A stretch of DNA of 59,015 nt, taken from the IMG/VR virus record IMGVR_UViG_3300003653_000051, positions 1 to 59,015 of that record, one strand, 5' to 3'. The position numbers and the translations under genes were made by a program. Position 1 is the stretch's first letter. Every line of letters begins with the position of its first letter. The notes below the pieces were generated by a model. That model was not told the DNA's origin. It saw only the letters and a list, made by a program, of their open reading frames with translations, and searched no databases. Of this stretch, positions 9,674 to 18,830 are shown piece after piece. This DNA comes from a virus. Taxonomy: Duplodnaviria; Caudoviricetes.

Positions 9674-10012
9674 TTGCCCCCGAAAGGGGGCACCCTCCAG
9701 TCAGGTGCTCTTTGGGAGCACACCCCCGCATGGGGGAAGAGCCGGGATCGTTCTCCGGGACTGGAGCCTATGGAATACGACATACCGCCCGTGATCATGG
9801 GGGTTGCTACCCATGACCCCTGTGCCATCTGTTCGTATAGCACATGCAGGTGGTGGCACCATATATTCCCGTTGGATCAGCGTGACATAGAGCGGTTGTG
9901 GGTCCTGTACGGCATAGACTTCCCCTCGCAAGGGTGCCTATGTAACGCCTGCTGGAGTGGTTTGCAGATTATGTTGAGCTGTCACGGGCTCACGGTGGGT
10001 GTGCCCCGATGA
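9674..10012 (+). CDS. small Zn-finger protein (true start probably the ATG of MEYDIPP, ~9770)
   Basis: CAIC...CNAC-x9-C; ATGA-coupled to SbcD. Confidence 0.55.
   Translation: MPPKGGTLQSGALWEHTPAWGKSRDRSPGLEPMEYDIPPVIMGVATHDPCAICSYSTCRWWHHIFPLDQRDIERLWVLYGIDFPSQGCLCNACWSGLQIMLSCHGLTVGVPR
9675..9692 (+). terminator. GNRA-capped hairpin downstream of the SSB gene
   Basis: TGCCCCC-GAAA-GGGGGCA perfect stem; no U-tract, so it may be a stabiliser or processing site instead. Confidence 0.4.
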
Positions 10013-11154
10013 ATAAAGTTCTCTTCCTTGGCGACCTCCACTTGTGGAACCATAAGTTTGAGGGTGGCGAGCTCGTCTGTGGGATCAACCGCAGGTGCCA
10101 GGAGCTACTTGATGCCCTGGATCTTACCGTCTCGGAGGCCGTGGCCATGGGGTGCTCTGCGGTGGTCCAGGTTGGGGACTTCTTCGATCAGGCCAGACCC
10201 TCTGGGGCTCTCCTGGATGCAGCCATCCAGTTGATGCTGCGGCATCCTGTGGCGTGGCACATCATGGCGGGCAACCATGATCTTGCGGCCTTCGGAACTC
10301 CCTCTGGGTTGGCACCTCTGCGGTACATCCCCGGGATCTGTGTCTACGAACAGCCCACCCAGCTCCTTCTGTGCGGCAGACGGGTCACACTGATCCCCTA
10401 TGTAGCGCACAGCGTCCTAGAGGCGCTGGAGCTTTCCAAGGGTGTGCTAGATGGCGCATCCCTGGTGGTGATGCACTACGGGGTAGTTGCCAATCCCTCC
10501 CGTCCCGATCAGATCTCTCTGCCTCAGATTAGATCTTGGTGGGCGGAGGTCATGGGGCAGAGCAGCCGTGATCGCTTCTTCCATTGGATAGGATCTCAGT
10601 CTGTAAAGATCCTATCTGGGCATGAGCACGGGGAGCGTACGGTGGCTGAGTTCTCCATGCAGAACTCCAATATGGCTATGGGTTTGGGGAGCTTTGCCGA
10701 TCTGGACTGGAGCGCGGTGCGCTTCCCCTGGCCCCATGCTGTGTTGATGAACATGGACACCTGGGATGTTACGCCCATGAAGGTACATGGCCCTGTGTTC
10801 TGTGTCGTAGGCACAGAGGAGCCCACTTGGGATCCCAAGGAGCATATACACGAGCGTATGCTGCTCCGCGATGCAATCAATAGTCGTGGGCACGGCATGT
10901 ATATCTCCGGGGAGCCCGAGCATCAGGAGTTACTGGGCGTGCTCAAGGTCATGGGGCTGATCCAGGGGTTCCGGTTGTCACCGTCGGATGATCTGGAGGT
11001 GTGCGCTGGCCCTGGCATGTCCACTGACCCTGTGGGGTTTCAGGATCTTGAGGAGGCGATTGCGGAGGTGTTGGTGTCTCAGGGTGCGGATCTCGCGGAT
11101 GAGAAGATCCAGAGGATCTGGTCAGAGTGCATTACGCACATCAAGGAGCGTTGA
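10009..11154 (+). CDS. SbcD/Mre11-like metallophosphoesterase nuclease
   Basis: GDLH, GDFFD, GNHD, H, GHEH motifs. Confidence 0.9.
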   Translation: MNKVLFLGDLHLWNHKFEGGELVCGINRRCQELLDALDLTVSEAVAMGCSAVVQVGDFFDQARPSGALLDAAIQLMLRHPVAWHIMAGNHDLAAFGTPSGLAPLRYIPGICVYEQPTQLLLCGRRVTLIPYVAHSVLEALELSKGVLDGASLVVMHYGVVANPSRPDQISLPQIRSWWAEVMGQSSRDRFFHWIGSQSVKILSGHEHGERTVAEFSMQNSNMAMGLGSFADLDWSAVRFPWPHAVLMNMDTWDVTPMKVHGPVFCVVGTEEPTWDPKEHIHERMLLRDAINSRGHGMYISGEPEHQELLGVLKVMGLIQGFRLSPSDDLEVCAGPGMSTDPVGFQDLEEAIAEVLVSQGADLADEKIQRIWSECITHIKER

Positions 11155-11159
11155 AGATC

Positions 11160-11450
11160 ATGGCACATGCCCGGGACTACGATTTGGGGATGACGGAGAC
11201 GGTGCTGGAGGATGTGCCCATGGCACCTCCCACCATCGAGAGCTTCCAGGAGCTGCTGGACAGACTGGAGGCGCTCTCGATGACCCGTCCCATCGCGATG
11301 GCCTATGCGGCGGTGTGTAAGGAGCGGGAGACCTTCACCACCTGGGATGCTTTCTCCCTGGTGCAGAAGACCCGTGCCCTGCTTCTGTTCGCGGTTTACA
11401 ACGCCAGCATTCGGAGCAACTCAAAGTTTCTGGCGGAGCAGGCAACCTGA
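11160..11450 (+). CDS. hypothetical protein
   Basis: ORF between SbcD and DUF3310; TGATG coupling. Confidence 0.6.
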   Translation: MAHARDYDLGMTETVLEDVPMAPPTIESFQELLDRLEALSMTRPIAMAYAAVCKERETFTTWDAFSLVQKTRALLLFAVYNASIRSNSKFLAEQAT

Positions 11451-11752
11451 TGGACACCTATGGCGAAGCACGCGACGGCCTCAACCGCATTCTGGATCGG
11501 CTCGCGACGGGGTGTACTTCCGATGACGCCGTGGATCTTGGGGATGCTGTGTGCCACCCCGCACACTACGGGGGTGGTAACAACCCCTACGAAGCCATCA
11601 AGGTCATTGAGGCGTGGGAGCTTGGATTCTGCCTTGGGAACGTGGTGAAGTACATCGCCAGGGCGGGGAAGAAGGCAGACCCTCTGGAGGATCTGAAGAA
11701 GGCCCGGTGGTATCTGGACAGGGAGATCTGCCATAGGCAGGCCAAGGAATGA
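11450..11752 (+). CDS. DUF3310-family phage protein
   Basis: HPAHY...EAIKVI...GFCLGNVVKYIARAGKK...EDLKKARWYL. Confidence 0.9.
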   Translation: MDTYGEARDGLNRILDRLATGCTSDDAVDLGDAVCHPAHYGGGNNPYEAIKVIEAWELGFCLGNVVKYIARAGKKADPLEDLKKARWYLDREICHRQAKE

Positions 11753-13332
11753 TCACCCTGCTCCATGTCGGGAACTTCCTGGCCATTGAGAAGAGCGAAC
11801 TGGTCCTGGGTCCAAAGGTCACGCTGGTTACAGGCCCCAACGGGAGTAACAAAACGACGCACCTGGAGGCACTGCTCTGGTGCCTATGGGGGCAGCGCCT
11901 CCGTCCTGGGCCTCTCGCGGAGGGTGCTGCGGTTGCCATCACCTTCGGGTGTGGCGAGCTACTGGAGCGGGTACAGACGCCCTCTGGTGAGCGTGTGCAG
12001 CTCTGCGGTGCCCCCTCCATAGCGCATAGGGGTGTGTGGCAACAGAAGACCAAGATCCTTCCGCAGTTGGAGGGGAAGTTCGGCACCTACCTTGCCTGGA
12101 GTCGCTCCCTTCACCTCACAGGGAAGACGGTTGGTGCCTTCGCAACGGGGACTCCTGGTGGTCGTTGGGATCATCTGGTGAAGCTCACAGGGGCTGGGCA
12201 GTATGACAAGGGGATTGAGTCTGCCCGGAAGTGTGTGAAGGTTGCGGAGGCGGAGAAGCTCCGCCAGAGCGGGGAGGTACAGAGCGCCCGTGTGGTGTGT
12301 GATATGATAACTTCCACCTGGACGTCTGCGGTGGTGGAGGCCCGTGGGATTGATCCCGAGGTGTTTCCAGAGCGCATCGAAGCCTGGGGCCAGGAGCTGG
12401 CTGTCCTGGATCTGCGTGTGGGCCGGGGTGGCGTCGTCAAGGCAGATCAGCAGGAGTTGCTGCTCGCAGCCCTAGTGCATGAAGCGGATGCCATGGCACA
12501 CCTTACGGGTGTGCGGGTACGCCTACGCGCCGTGCTACAGATTCAGCGGCTCTGTGAAGCCTGTGGGGGGCCTATCCCTGACCCTAAGCAGGTTCAGATT
12601 CAGGTGGAGGTGGAAGATGCCGAGCACCTACACGTTCAGGCCCGCGATGCCCGATACCGAGCTTACGATGTGGTGGCCACCACACAGACCAAGCTAGAGC
12701 TACTTCTCATGGAGCGCATGGCAACCCTCCACAAGATAGAGCGTGAGACTGGCAAGGTAGAACGCTACCTCCAGAGTCAGGATCGCCTATGGGATACCGC
12801 CCTTCAGGCTGTGACTGCCCAGACACTCTCCGTGGGCTGCGGCTTGCGCTACGCCGCAGCGATGGAGGCTCTGATCCATGCGGAGGGTGTATTGGGCACG
12901 CTGGTAGCTGCCCGGATGGTCTATCTCCAGAGCTACCTCCGCGAGATGAACCGGATGGTCAAGATCTTCCTGGGCTACATCGGAGCGAAGGCCACCGTGG
13001 TTCTGGTGGCAACAGGTGCCAACGGGCTTGAGTTGCAGACGGCGGGGACGGGGGCAACCAGCTACGCACAGTGCTCGGGCGGTGAGCAGCGGAGGATCGA
13101 CCTTTGCTTGGCCCTGGCCATGTCCGAGGTGGCCTCCCGCATGGGGAACCTGACCCAAGCGGTGCCTCTGGTGATCGACGAAGCCTTCGACACGCTTGAC
13201 GAGGCTGGGATGAGCGCGCTTCTCTCCCTGGCATGTCACATCGCCAAGACCCGACAGGTGCTTCTGGTGAGCCATGTCCTCCCAGACCTACCCCTCGGAT
13301 CCGACATCCTGCATATCCGGCTGGGTCCGTGA
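11749..13332 (+). CDS. SbcC/Rad50-like ABC ATPase
   Basis: Walker A GPNGSNKT, coiled coil with CEAC hook, signature SGGEQRR, Walker B IDEAFD, H-loop VSH. Confidence 0.9.
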   Translation: MITLLHVGNFLAIEKSELVLGPKVTLVTGPNGSNKTTHLEALLWCLWGQRLRPGPLAEGAAVAITFGCGELLERVQTPSGERVQLCGAPSIAHRGVWQQKTKILPQLEGKFGTYLAWSRSLHLTGKTVGAFATGTPGGRWDHLVKLTGAGQYDKGIESARKCVKVAEAEKLRQSGEVQSARVVCDMITSTWTSAVVEARGIDPEVFPERIEAWGQELAVLDLRVGRGGVVKADQQELLLAALVHEADAMAHLTGVRVRLRAVLQIQRLCEACGGPIPDPKQVQIQVEVEDAEHLHVQARDARYRAYDVVATTQTKLELLLMERMATLHKIERETGKVERYLQSQDRLWDTALQAVTAQTLSVGCGLRYAAAMEALIHAEGVLGTLVAARMVYLQSYLREMNRMVKIFLGYIGAKATVVLVATGANGLELQTAGTGATSYAQCSGGEQRRIDLCLALAMSEVASRMGNLTQAVPLVIDEAFDTLDEAGMSALLSLACHIAKTRQVLLVSHVLPDLPLGSDILHIRLGP

Positions 13333-13580
13333 ACCTCCTAGCCCTGTTCATCGAACTCCGGCACGGGATGTTCTGGGCCCGCTATGACGAGGTGTGCGTC
13401 AAACTACACTGCATTGTAGTCCCTGGGGTATCACGCCAGCCTGGGATCCACATGGACTGGCGGCTGACCAACATCCCAGCGTTCTACGAGTGGGCATCCA
13501 GAACTGGGTATTGGACCCCAGAACAGTTACGTCCCGTGGAGGCCGTGGTGGTTCTTGGTATGATGGAGGATGCGACATGA
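13329..13580 (+). CDS. hypothetical protein (paralog of the next gene)
   Basis: GTGA-coupled start at 13329; shares HGM, AFxxW and VL motifs with the next ORF. Confidence 0.55.
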   Translation: MNLLALFIELRHGMFWARYDEVCVKLHCIVVPGVSRQPGIHMDWRLTNIPAFYEWASRTGYWTPEQLRPVEAVVVLGMMEDAT

Positions 13581-13855
13581 CGCCCAAGGAACTCTGGATG
13601 AAGAATCGTCCATGGATTCACGAGACGGATCTATCCACCTTTGAGGTGGAACATGGGATGGAGAAGCTGATGTACCTGCCCGAGGCAGGGCTGGTTGTCC
13701 TACCTACGGTGCGCGAGGTCGATCGGAAGCCCGAGGTGTACCAATGCACCTCCCCCTCTGCTTTCCGACGTTGGCTGTGCTCTTTCGGGAAGTTCGCGGG
13801 CGAGGATTTGGTGTTCCTAGACCCGTACATCGTCCTGGAACTATCCGAGGGCTGA
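13577..13855 (+). CDS. hypothetical protein
   Basis: ATG at 13577 with GGAGG RBS; ATGA coupling. Confidence 0.6.
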   Translation: MTPKELWMKNRPWIHETDLSTFEVEHGMEKLMYLPEAGLVVLPTVREVDRKPEVYQCTSPSAFRRWLCSFGKFAGEDLVFLDPYIVLELSEG

Positions 13856-13916
13856 TCAAAACAGGGCATAAGCCCGCTGCGCTCTGTGTGTACCTGAAGA
13901 AGAGGAGATTCTGTTC

Positions 13917-14487
13917 ATGGCGAAGAAGCTGATCAAGATGGTTCCGGTAGTAGCTCCTGGCGAGCCGAAGTTCATGACACTGGATGCTGGGTTGAACCCC
14001 ATCACGGAGCCAAGCTGATTTGGGGATGATCAGCTTCAACGTCTCCGCGGATGTTCAGGATGAGATCCTGGGGAAGTTCGTGCTGGAGATGCTGGAGACG
14101 GGGGTGGATGAGGAGCAGCTCAGGCTTCATGCGGGCCTGTCGGAGTCCTTCATGGCCTCCATCAAGGCCGCTCTCGCAGAGCCCATCCCCGGCCTGGAGG
14201 ATGGCGAGCTCCCCCGAGAAGGCACCGGAGACGACAAGGGTACGAAGGCTAAGAAGGCCCCCGCTGTGAAAATGGTGATCGTGCTGGCCAAGGATGAGGA
14301 GGGCAACCTGAGCCCGCTCGCCTTCACCATGACGCACCGCGACACGATCTTGAGCAAGGAGGTCCGTGACGCGCTGACGGAGCAGGGGATGGAGCTTGAG
14401 GAGGTCGAGCCCATGTGGTTCTCGGAGGGAGAAGATCTGCCCATGCTCCTGGACGAGCTGGCCAACCAAGGGTCCGAGGATAACTGA
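13917..14487 (+). CDS. acidic hypothetical protein, apparently split by a +1 frameshift near 13996-14015
   Basis: AGGAG RBS + ATG 13917 gives 33 aa ending at TGA 14016-14018; a coding-like +1 frame continues to 14487. Confidence 0.55.
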
Positions 14488-14544
14488 CCATCCCGATGGG
14501 TAGTTATCGCCAACACACACCTGCATCCTGGAGACATTGAGATC

Positions 14545-14922
14545 ATGTATGAGCGTGTAAATACCGTCCTTCAGAACTCTGGGCTTGGGTTCGCATACGC
14601 CTACCCAAAGACCCTGACGCTCCCCCATGGGAGCACCGGAACCCTGCTGGTCACGGTGGTCAGCGACAACGGCATCCCAATGGACCTGGAGGGTGCCAGC
14701 GTGGCGCTTCGTATGGTGCATCCTGTGGGGGGGCACGTTCTCTATCAGGTGGCAGTGCTGGGGGTTGCGAGGTCGTCCCAGGTGGCCCTGGCTCTGGCTC
14801 CTCCGAGTTCCCTCCAGGTGGGGAGCTACCATTGGGATCTGTGGCATACGGTTGTGGCGACGGGGGTGAAGCACCAGATCTTCCCGCTCTCCAGCTTTCT
14901 GATCGTTCAGACCTCCCAATGA
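14545..14922 (+). CDS. Ig-like beta-sandwich protein resembling BppU N-terminal domains
   Basis: DNGIPMDLEGASVALRM...LQVGSYHWDLW pattern. Confidence 0.5.
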   Translation: MYERVNTVLQNSGLGFAYAYPKTLTLPHGSTGTLLVTVVSDNGIPMDLEGASVALRMVHPVGGHVLYQVAVLGVARSSQVALALAPPSSLQVGSYHWDLWHTVVATGVKHQIFPLSSFLIVQTSQ

Positions 14923-15599
14923 CATGCCGGGGGCGTCAGCTCGCTCCTCCGTGGTCCGAGAAGGAGCGAGCCCTAATCAAGAAGTGGTACACCAAAGAGG
15001 GGGGCCCCAAGTCCCTCCACCGCTTCCCCGGACGGACCCTGGCTGCTCTACGTCGTGTAGCACTGGGGATGAAGGTGCCCAGCCTGTTCACCCGACCCGT
15101 ATGGTCGCGTGGGCAGTCTGTGGTCCTCGCTCACGGGTGGCACGAATCTGGGATTCGTGTCATTCGGAAGACTCTGGCGGAGACACAGCCTCGTAAGAGG
15201 TCCGCCCTTGTGGCGAAAGCCAAACGGATGGGGCTTGGCCCGCGGCTCCAGGGCATGTTGTCCGTCACGGCTGCGGCGGTGATGGTGGGCTGCTCCACAG
15301 AGTTGCTCACCCGTATTGCCAAGGTCGAGGGGGTGGCCCTGTTGTTCAAGTACAAGCGCAAGCAGGGTGCGTGGCGTGTTGTCGATGAGGAGAGCATCAC
15401 CAAGGCCGCACTAAACTACTTCCGAAGGGAGACTCAGAGGGGATTTCTGGAGCGCTCTGGGCTCACTCGGGATGTCCTCTGTCCCGTCATGATCTGGGCG
15501 GGGATGAAGACGCAGGGGACGGCTATGTTCTGGCGGCTGCTCCCCGAGGAATGGGACAGCCTGATGGTCCGGTATCAAGCGAGAGGGGGCGACGGATGA
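14919..15599 (+). CDS. HTH/Myb-like repeat DNA-binding protein
   Basis: Two WS-x-(E/G)...R-x-x-x-A-L-x-x-x-A-x-x-(M/L)G/K repeats, then an SVTAAAVMVGCS HTH. Confidence 0.65.
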   Translation: MTCRGRQLAPPWSEKERALIKKWYTKEGGPKSLHRFPGRTLAALRRVALGMKVPSLFTRPVWSRGQSVVLAHGWHESGIRVIRKTLAETQPRKRSALVAKAKRMGLGPRLQGMLSVTAAAVMVGCSTELLTRIAKVEGVALLFKYKRKQGAWRVVDEESITKAALNYFRRETQRGFLERSGLTRDVLCPVMIWAGMKTQGTAMFWRLLPEEWDSLMVRYQARGGDG

Positions 15600-15820
15600 T
15601 CCGCCGTCGCTACATGATGTTGACGGAGGAGCAGGACGCTACCTTCCTTGCGGGTGAGGAAGCTCTCTCCCGATCCTCGGGGTTGAAGGTCACCCACCAG
15701 GAGCTGCTGCTCCGCATGATGAAGTTCTGTTTGTACCATCGCTGGGGGGAGTTCCTGGATGTAACATCCCAGGAGATCAAGGATGAGGTGGCGCTCATCC
15801 TACAGAAGCACGGGGGCTAG
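15596..15820 (+). CDS. small hypothetical protein, possibly ribbon-helix-helix-like
   Basis: ATGA-coupled; short strand then two helices; last gene of the + operon. Confidence 0.5.
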   Translation: MIRRRYMMLTEEQDATFLAGEEALSRSSGLKVTHQELLLRMMKFCLYHRWGEFLDVTSQEIKDEVALILQKHGG

Positions 15821-15944
15821 AATCGTATCCGCGGTGCTGGGGGGCCTGGGGGATCGTTCTGGGTAGCAACCACCCAGAAGATCCAGAGCCATGCATGTAC
15901 GAAGCTAACGGCTGCTTTGGCCCCTGAGACGACCGTTCGCACTC

Positions 15945-17606
15945 TCATGCGGGTACGAACTCCAGGGTGCAGACCAGATCATCCGCAGCCACGGTGATGG
16001 CCCCAAGGGGCTTTGTCCGTAGCTGGATGTGCTGCCCTGCGGTGACAACCGTGGTGTTTACGGTGTCCGCTTTGTCCTCGTTGGTGAGTCCCGCGGTGTG
16101 TGTCAGGACGATTCCGGTTGGCACCCCGTCCACATAGACTTCCACCTCGAAGTCGAATGTGGTGGGGCCAACACGGAGGTTGGAGTACAGGTTCTGTAGG
16201 GTTCCAGCTCGCGGGATCCGTAGGGCTGGGAACTTCCCGCTCGCCACCGTGGGGGGCGATCGAAGCCCAAACCCTGGGTCGATCACACATGCATCCGCCC
16301 CAACTGGAATCACATTGTTCCCGAAGGTGAGGAGTGCCCCTCTGGCAAGGACATACGCCTTGGTGGCGGCGTCCTGTGCGTTGACAGGATCGAGGACGCC
16401 CTGGATGGGTCGATTAGCTCCCGTGCCGATGAGGGCCCCGGTGGCTGCGTTCAGGACCCAGCGGTCAGATCCTGAGCTCTGTAGCCTGACATCACCGACG
16501 CCGCTGAGTGCCAGGGCGGTGGTGCTCCTGATGTAGCGGAGCCCATCGCCATCTGGGTCTTCCAGGGTGGTGTCCCCGTGGGCGGTAACGTAGAGGATGG
16601 GTGCCCCCGCTTGTGTCACCAGTCTGAATAGGGGCTGTACCTGTGCTGCGTCGAAGCGCCTGAGTTGGAGGTTGGTGACATCTGCCGCCGCCTCCATCCT
16701 GACCACAGCGGTCAGAGCTCGGAGGTTGACCCCCGTGGGGTAGACACCCGTGGGTGCATCCGCAAAGACGAAGGGCTCCTGGGTCGAGATCCCGCCCCCA
16801 TTTCCCTGGAAGTGAAAGTAGTTCGCTGCCCCTACCAGCACCACGACCCCGATGGGTCGTGGGTAGGTTCCGGGGGTCAGGGCTGTCACTCCCGCATCGG
16901 AGAGGTACACCGTCTGCCCCAGAACAGGCAGGCCCGCGATGGCACCGAAGACGCCCTGCATCCTGGTCCGAATGAGCTCCCCAGCAACGGATGCTGGCGA
17001 CCCATCCACGTTGGATTCCATGAGGTAGAGCACCTCCCTGGCGTCCGTTGCACTCAGGGCCAGCGCCTTGATGAAGACAGGAACCTGCTCCTCCCCCGGC
17101 AGCCCAGCCTTGATGGTGGTGACTGCGGAGATGCGGAGAAGGTCGCCACGCGAGAGCACACCCGCCCCCATGCCCACCACACTGCTGGTGTCCGCTCGGG
17201 CGTTGTCCAGTAGCTGTAGAGCGCGGTTGACCCGTGTGGCCCACCCACGAGCTGAATCAACCTGGGTTGATTCACCAGCAGCAGGGATGACAACCTGTGT
17301 CTTGAGCTGGGCGATGGCAGCCACCGCCACGTTCACGGCTTCCGTGGCGAGGTTCTTGTTGACCGTCAGGCGGATGAGGTAGCTGCCCTCCACGTCCGGG
17401 GTGAAGGTGGGGCTCTGGAGAGCTGGGTTGGAGAAGGCTGCGGCGACAGAGCCCTCGGGGCGATCCAGCCATTCCCAGAGGTAGGTGAGCTCCCCGCCGC
17501 TGTTGACGTTGGAGAGGTTGACCAGCGTGTCGATGACCAGCGCGACGCCACCTGGGGGGTTGGACCCGGTGACGGCGTTGATCGTGATTTTTGCTTGGGG
17601 TGGCAC
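15945..17606 (-). CDS. tail fibre / receptor-binding protein with N-terminal PKD-like domain
   Basis: YLWEW...PTFTPDVEGSYLIRLTV (PKD-like); DPVNAQDAATKAYV fibre motif; distal to the baseplate genes. Confidence 0.7.
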   Translation of the reverse strand: MPPQAKITINAVTGSNPPGGVALVIDTLVNLSNVNSGGELTYLWEWLDRPEGSVAAAFSNPALQSPTFTPDVEGSYLIRLTVNKNLATEAVNVAVAAIAQLKTQVVIPAAGESTQVDSARGWATRVNRALQLLDNARADTSSVVGMGAGVLSRGDLLRISAVTTIKAGLPGEEQVPVFIKALALSATDAREVLYLMESNVDGSPASVAGELIRTRMQGVFGAIAGLPVLGQTVYLSDAGVTALTPGTYPRPIGVVVLVGAANYFHFQGNGGGISTQEPFVFADAPTGVYPTGVNLRALTAVVRMEAAADVTNLQLRRFDAAQVQPLFRLVTQAGAPILYVTAHGDTTLEDPDGDGLRYIRSTTALALSGVGDVRLQSSGSDRWVLNAATGALIGTGANRPIQGVLDPVNAQDAATKAYVLARGALLTFGNNVIPVGADACVIDPGFGLRSPPTVASGKFPALRIPRAGTLQNLYSNLRVGPTTFDFEVEVYVDGVPTGIVLTHTAGLTNEDKADTVNTTVVTAGQHIQLRTKPLGAITVAADDLVCTLEFVPA

Positions 17607-17609
17607 GGA

Positions 17610-18827
17610 TCAGCCCTGGCCCATCATGAACTGGAGGAATGCCTGCTCCGTGGCTCCAATGGCACCAGCCGACGTGTTCTGTAGCTCGAACGCGAACATG
17701 ACGTATGGCTGTCCGATCGCAAACGTCCTTGGGGTGACCACAGTATAGGTGCCCGTGGTTCCTGCAAGCATGGAACGTAGCGTGGTATCCACCGCACTAG
17801 TGCGCCAGTCCCTGATCTGCCCTGCGCAGAATATAGTGGTGTCCCCTGCCGTGACAGTCGCCGTTCCGCGGCGTGTGGCCATGGATGTCCTGGGGCGGAT
17901 TTCACCCCCAAACAGATACACCTCCATCGTGTAGCTGGTCCCTACGGCCGGTGGTACGTTGTTGATGTACCCCATGGTCATCACAACACCTGGGGGCAGC
18001 TCTACATTTGTGATAGCCTGCGTGCCCAAACCAACTGCTGTCCCGGGGACGTTCACTACTGCCCCTGCATGGATCATCCCGCCCGCGTAGATCTTGGGCC
18101 TCATGTCCGCGATCAGATCTTGGGTGATCGCTGCCACAGCTCCATCCAGATTGATCCGACCGATCATGATGTAGCCCGGAGTGACTGCTGGCTCCACGGC
18201 GGCAGCAATGCCACCCACAACAGCCACTCCCGTGACGTAGCTGATCGCTGCCGTGCTGGCTCCTGGGGCGGCGGAGCCAGTGAGGCCCAGTAGATCCCAG
18301 TTGAATCGCTTGTTCTTGACCGTGGGGTCGAAGATCCTGGTGGCAGCATTGAAGATGCCCACCGTGGCAGGGTCTGACGACTGATAGTTGGGGCGTACCT
18401 CGATGATGTCGATTCGGCTGCTCCCCACAATGGGGGGTGGTGGGACCGTGAGTGCTTGGGGCACGCTCAGCGCCAGAGGAGCACCGATCAGTGTGTCCGC
18501 AGTCCAGTTGAGGCCCGATACCCCGCCAATGTCTACAGCGGACGCAGGACCCAGACTCCCGCACCCCACACCTGACAGGACTCCAATCCCAAATGCTCCC
18601 GTGCTGGCTACCATGAAGCCAGTGCCATAGAACCCAATGGGTCCCACAGCATTCTGCTGCACACCGTAGTCCGTCGATGGGAGCCCAGAGAGCGCGCTGC
18701 CCATGGCACCCGCCTGGATACGGCGGAGGCCCGCTTCCGCGTACTCCTGCATCCGGTTCAGGTCGGAGGAGGTCGGGCGCTCTCGGGTGTGGATCATCCG
18801 GCGGGAGAAGAAGTCGAAGAGGCCCAT
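17610..18827 (-). CDS. tail fibre-proximal / baseplate-associated structural protein
   Basis: Synteny; SRIDIIEV, PAVTPGYIMIGRI, ITQDLIADMRP typical of tail-fibre attachment proteins. Confidence 0.65.
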   Translation of the reverse strand: MGLFDFFSRRMIHTRERPTSSDLNRMQEYAEAGLRRIQAGAMGSALSGLPSTDYGVQQNAVGPIGFYGTGFMVASTGAFGIGVLSGVGCGSLGPASAVDIGGVSGLNWTADTLIGAPLALSVPQALTVPPPPIVGSSRIDIIEVRPNYQSSDPATVGIFNAATRIFDPTVKNKRFNWDLLGLTGSAAPGASTAAISYVTGVAVVGGIAAAVEPAVTPGYIMIGRINLDGAVAAITQDLIADMRPKIYAGGMIHAGAVVNVPGTAVGLGTQAITNVELPPGVVMTMGYINNVPPAVGTSYTMEVYLFGGEIRPRTSMATRRGTATVTAGDTTIFCAGQIRDWRTSAVDTTLRSMLAGTTGTYTVVTPRTFAIGQPYVMFAFELQNTSAGAIGATEQAFLQFMMGQG

Positions 18828-18830
18828 GGG

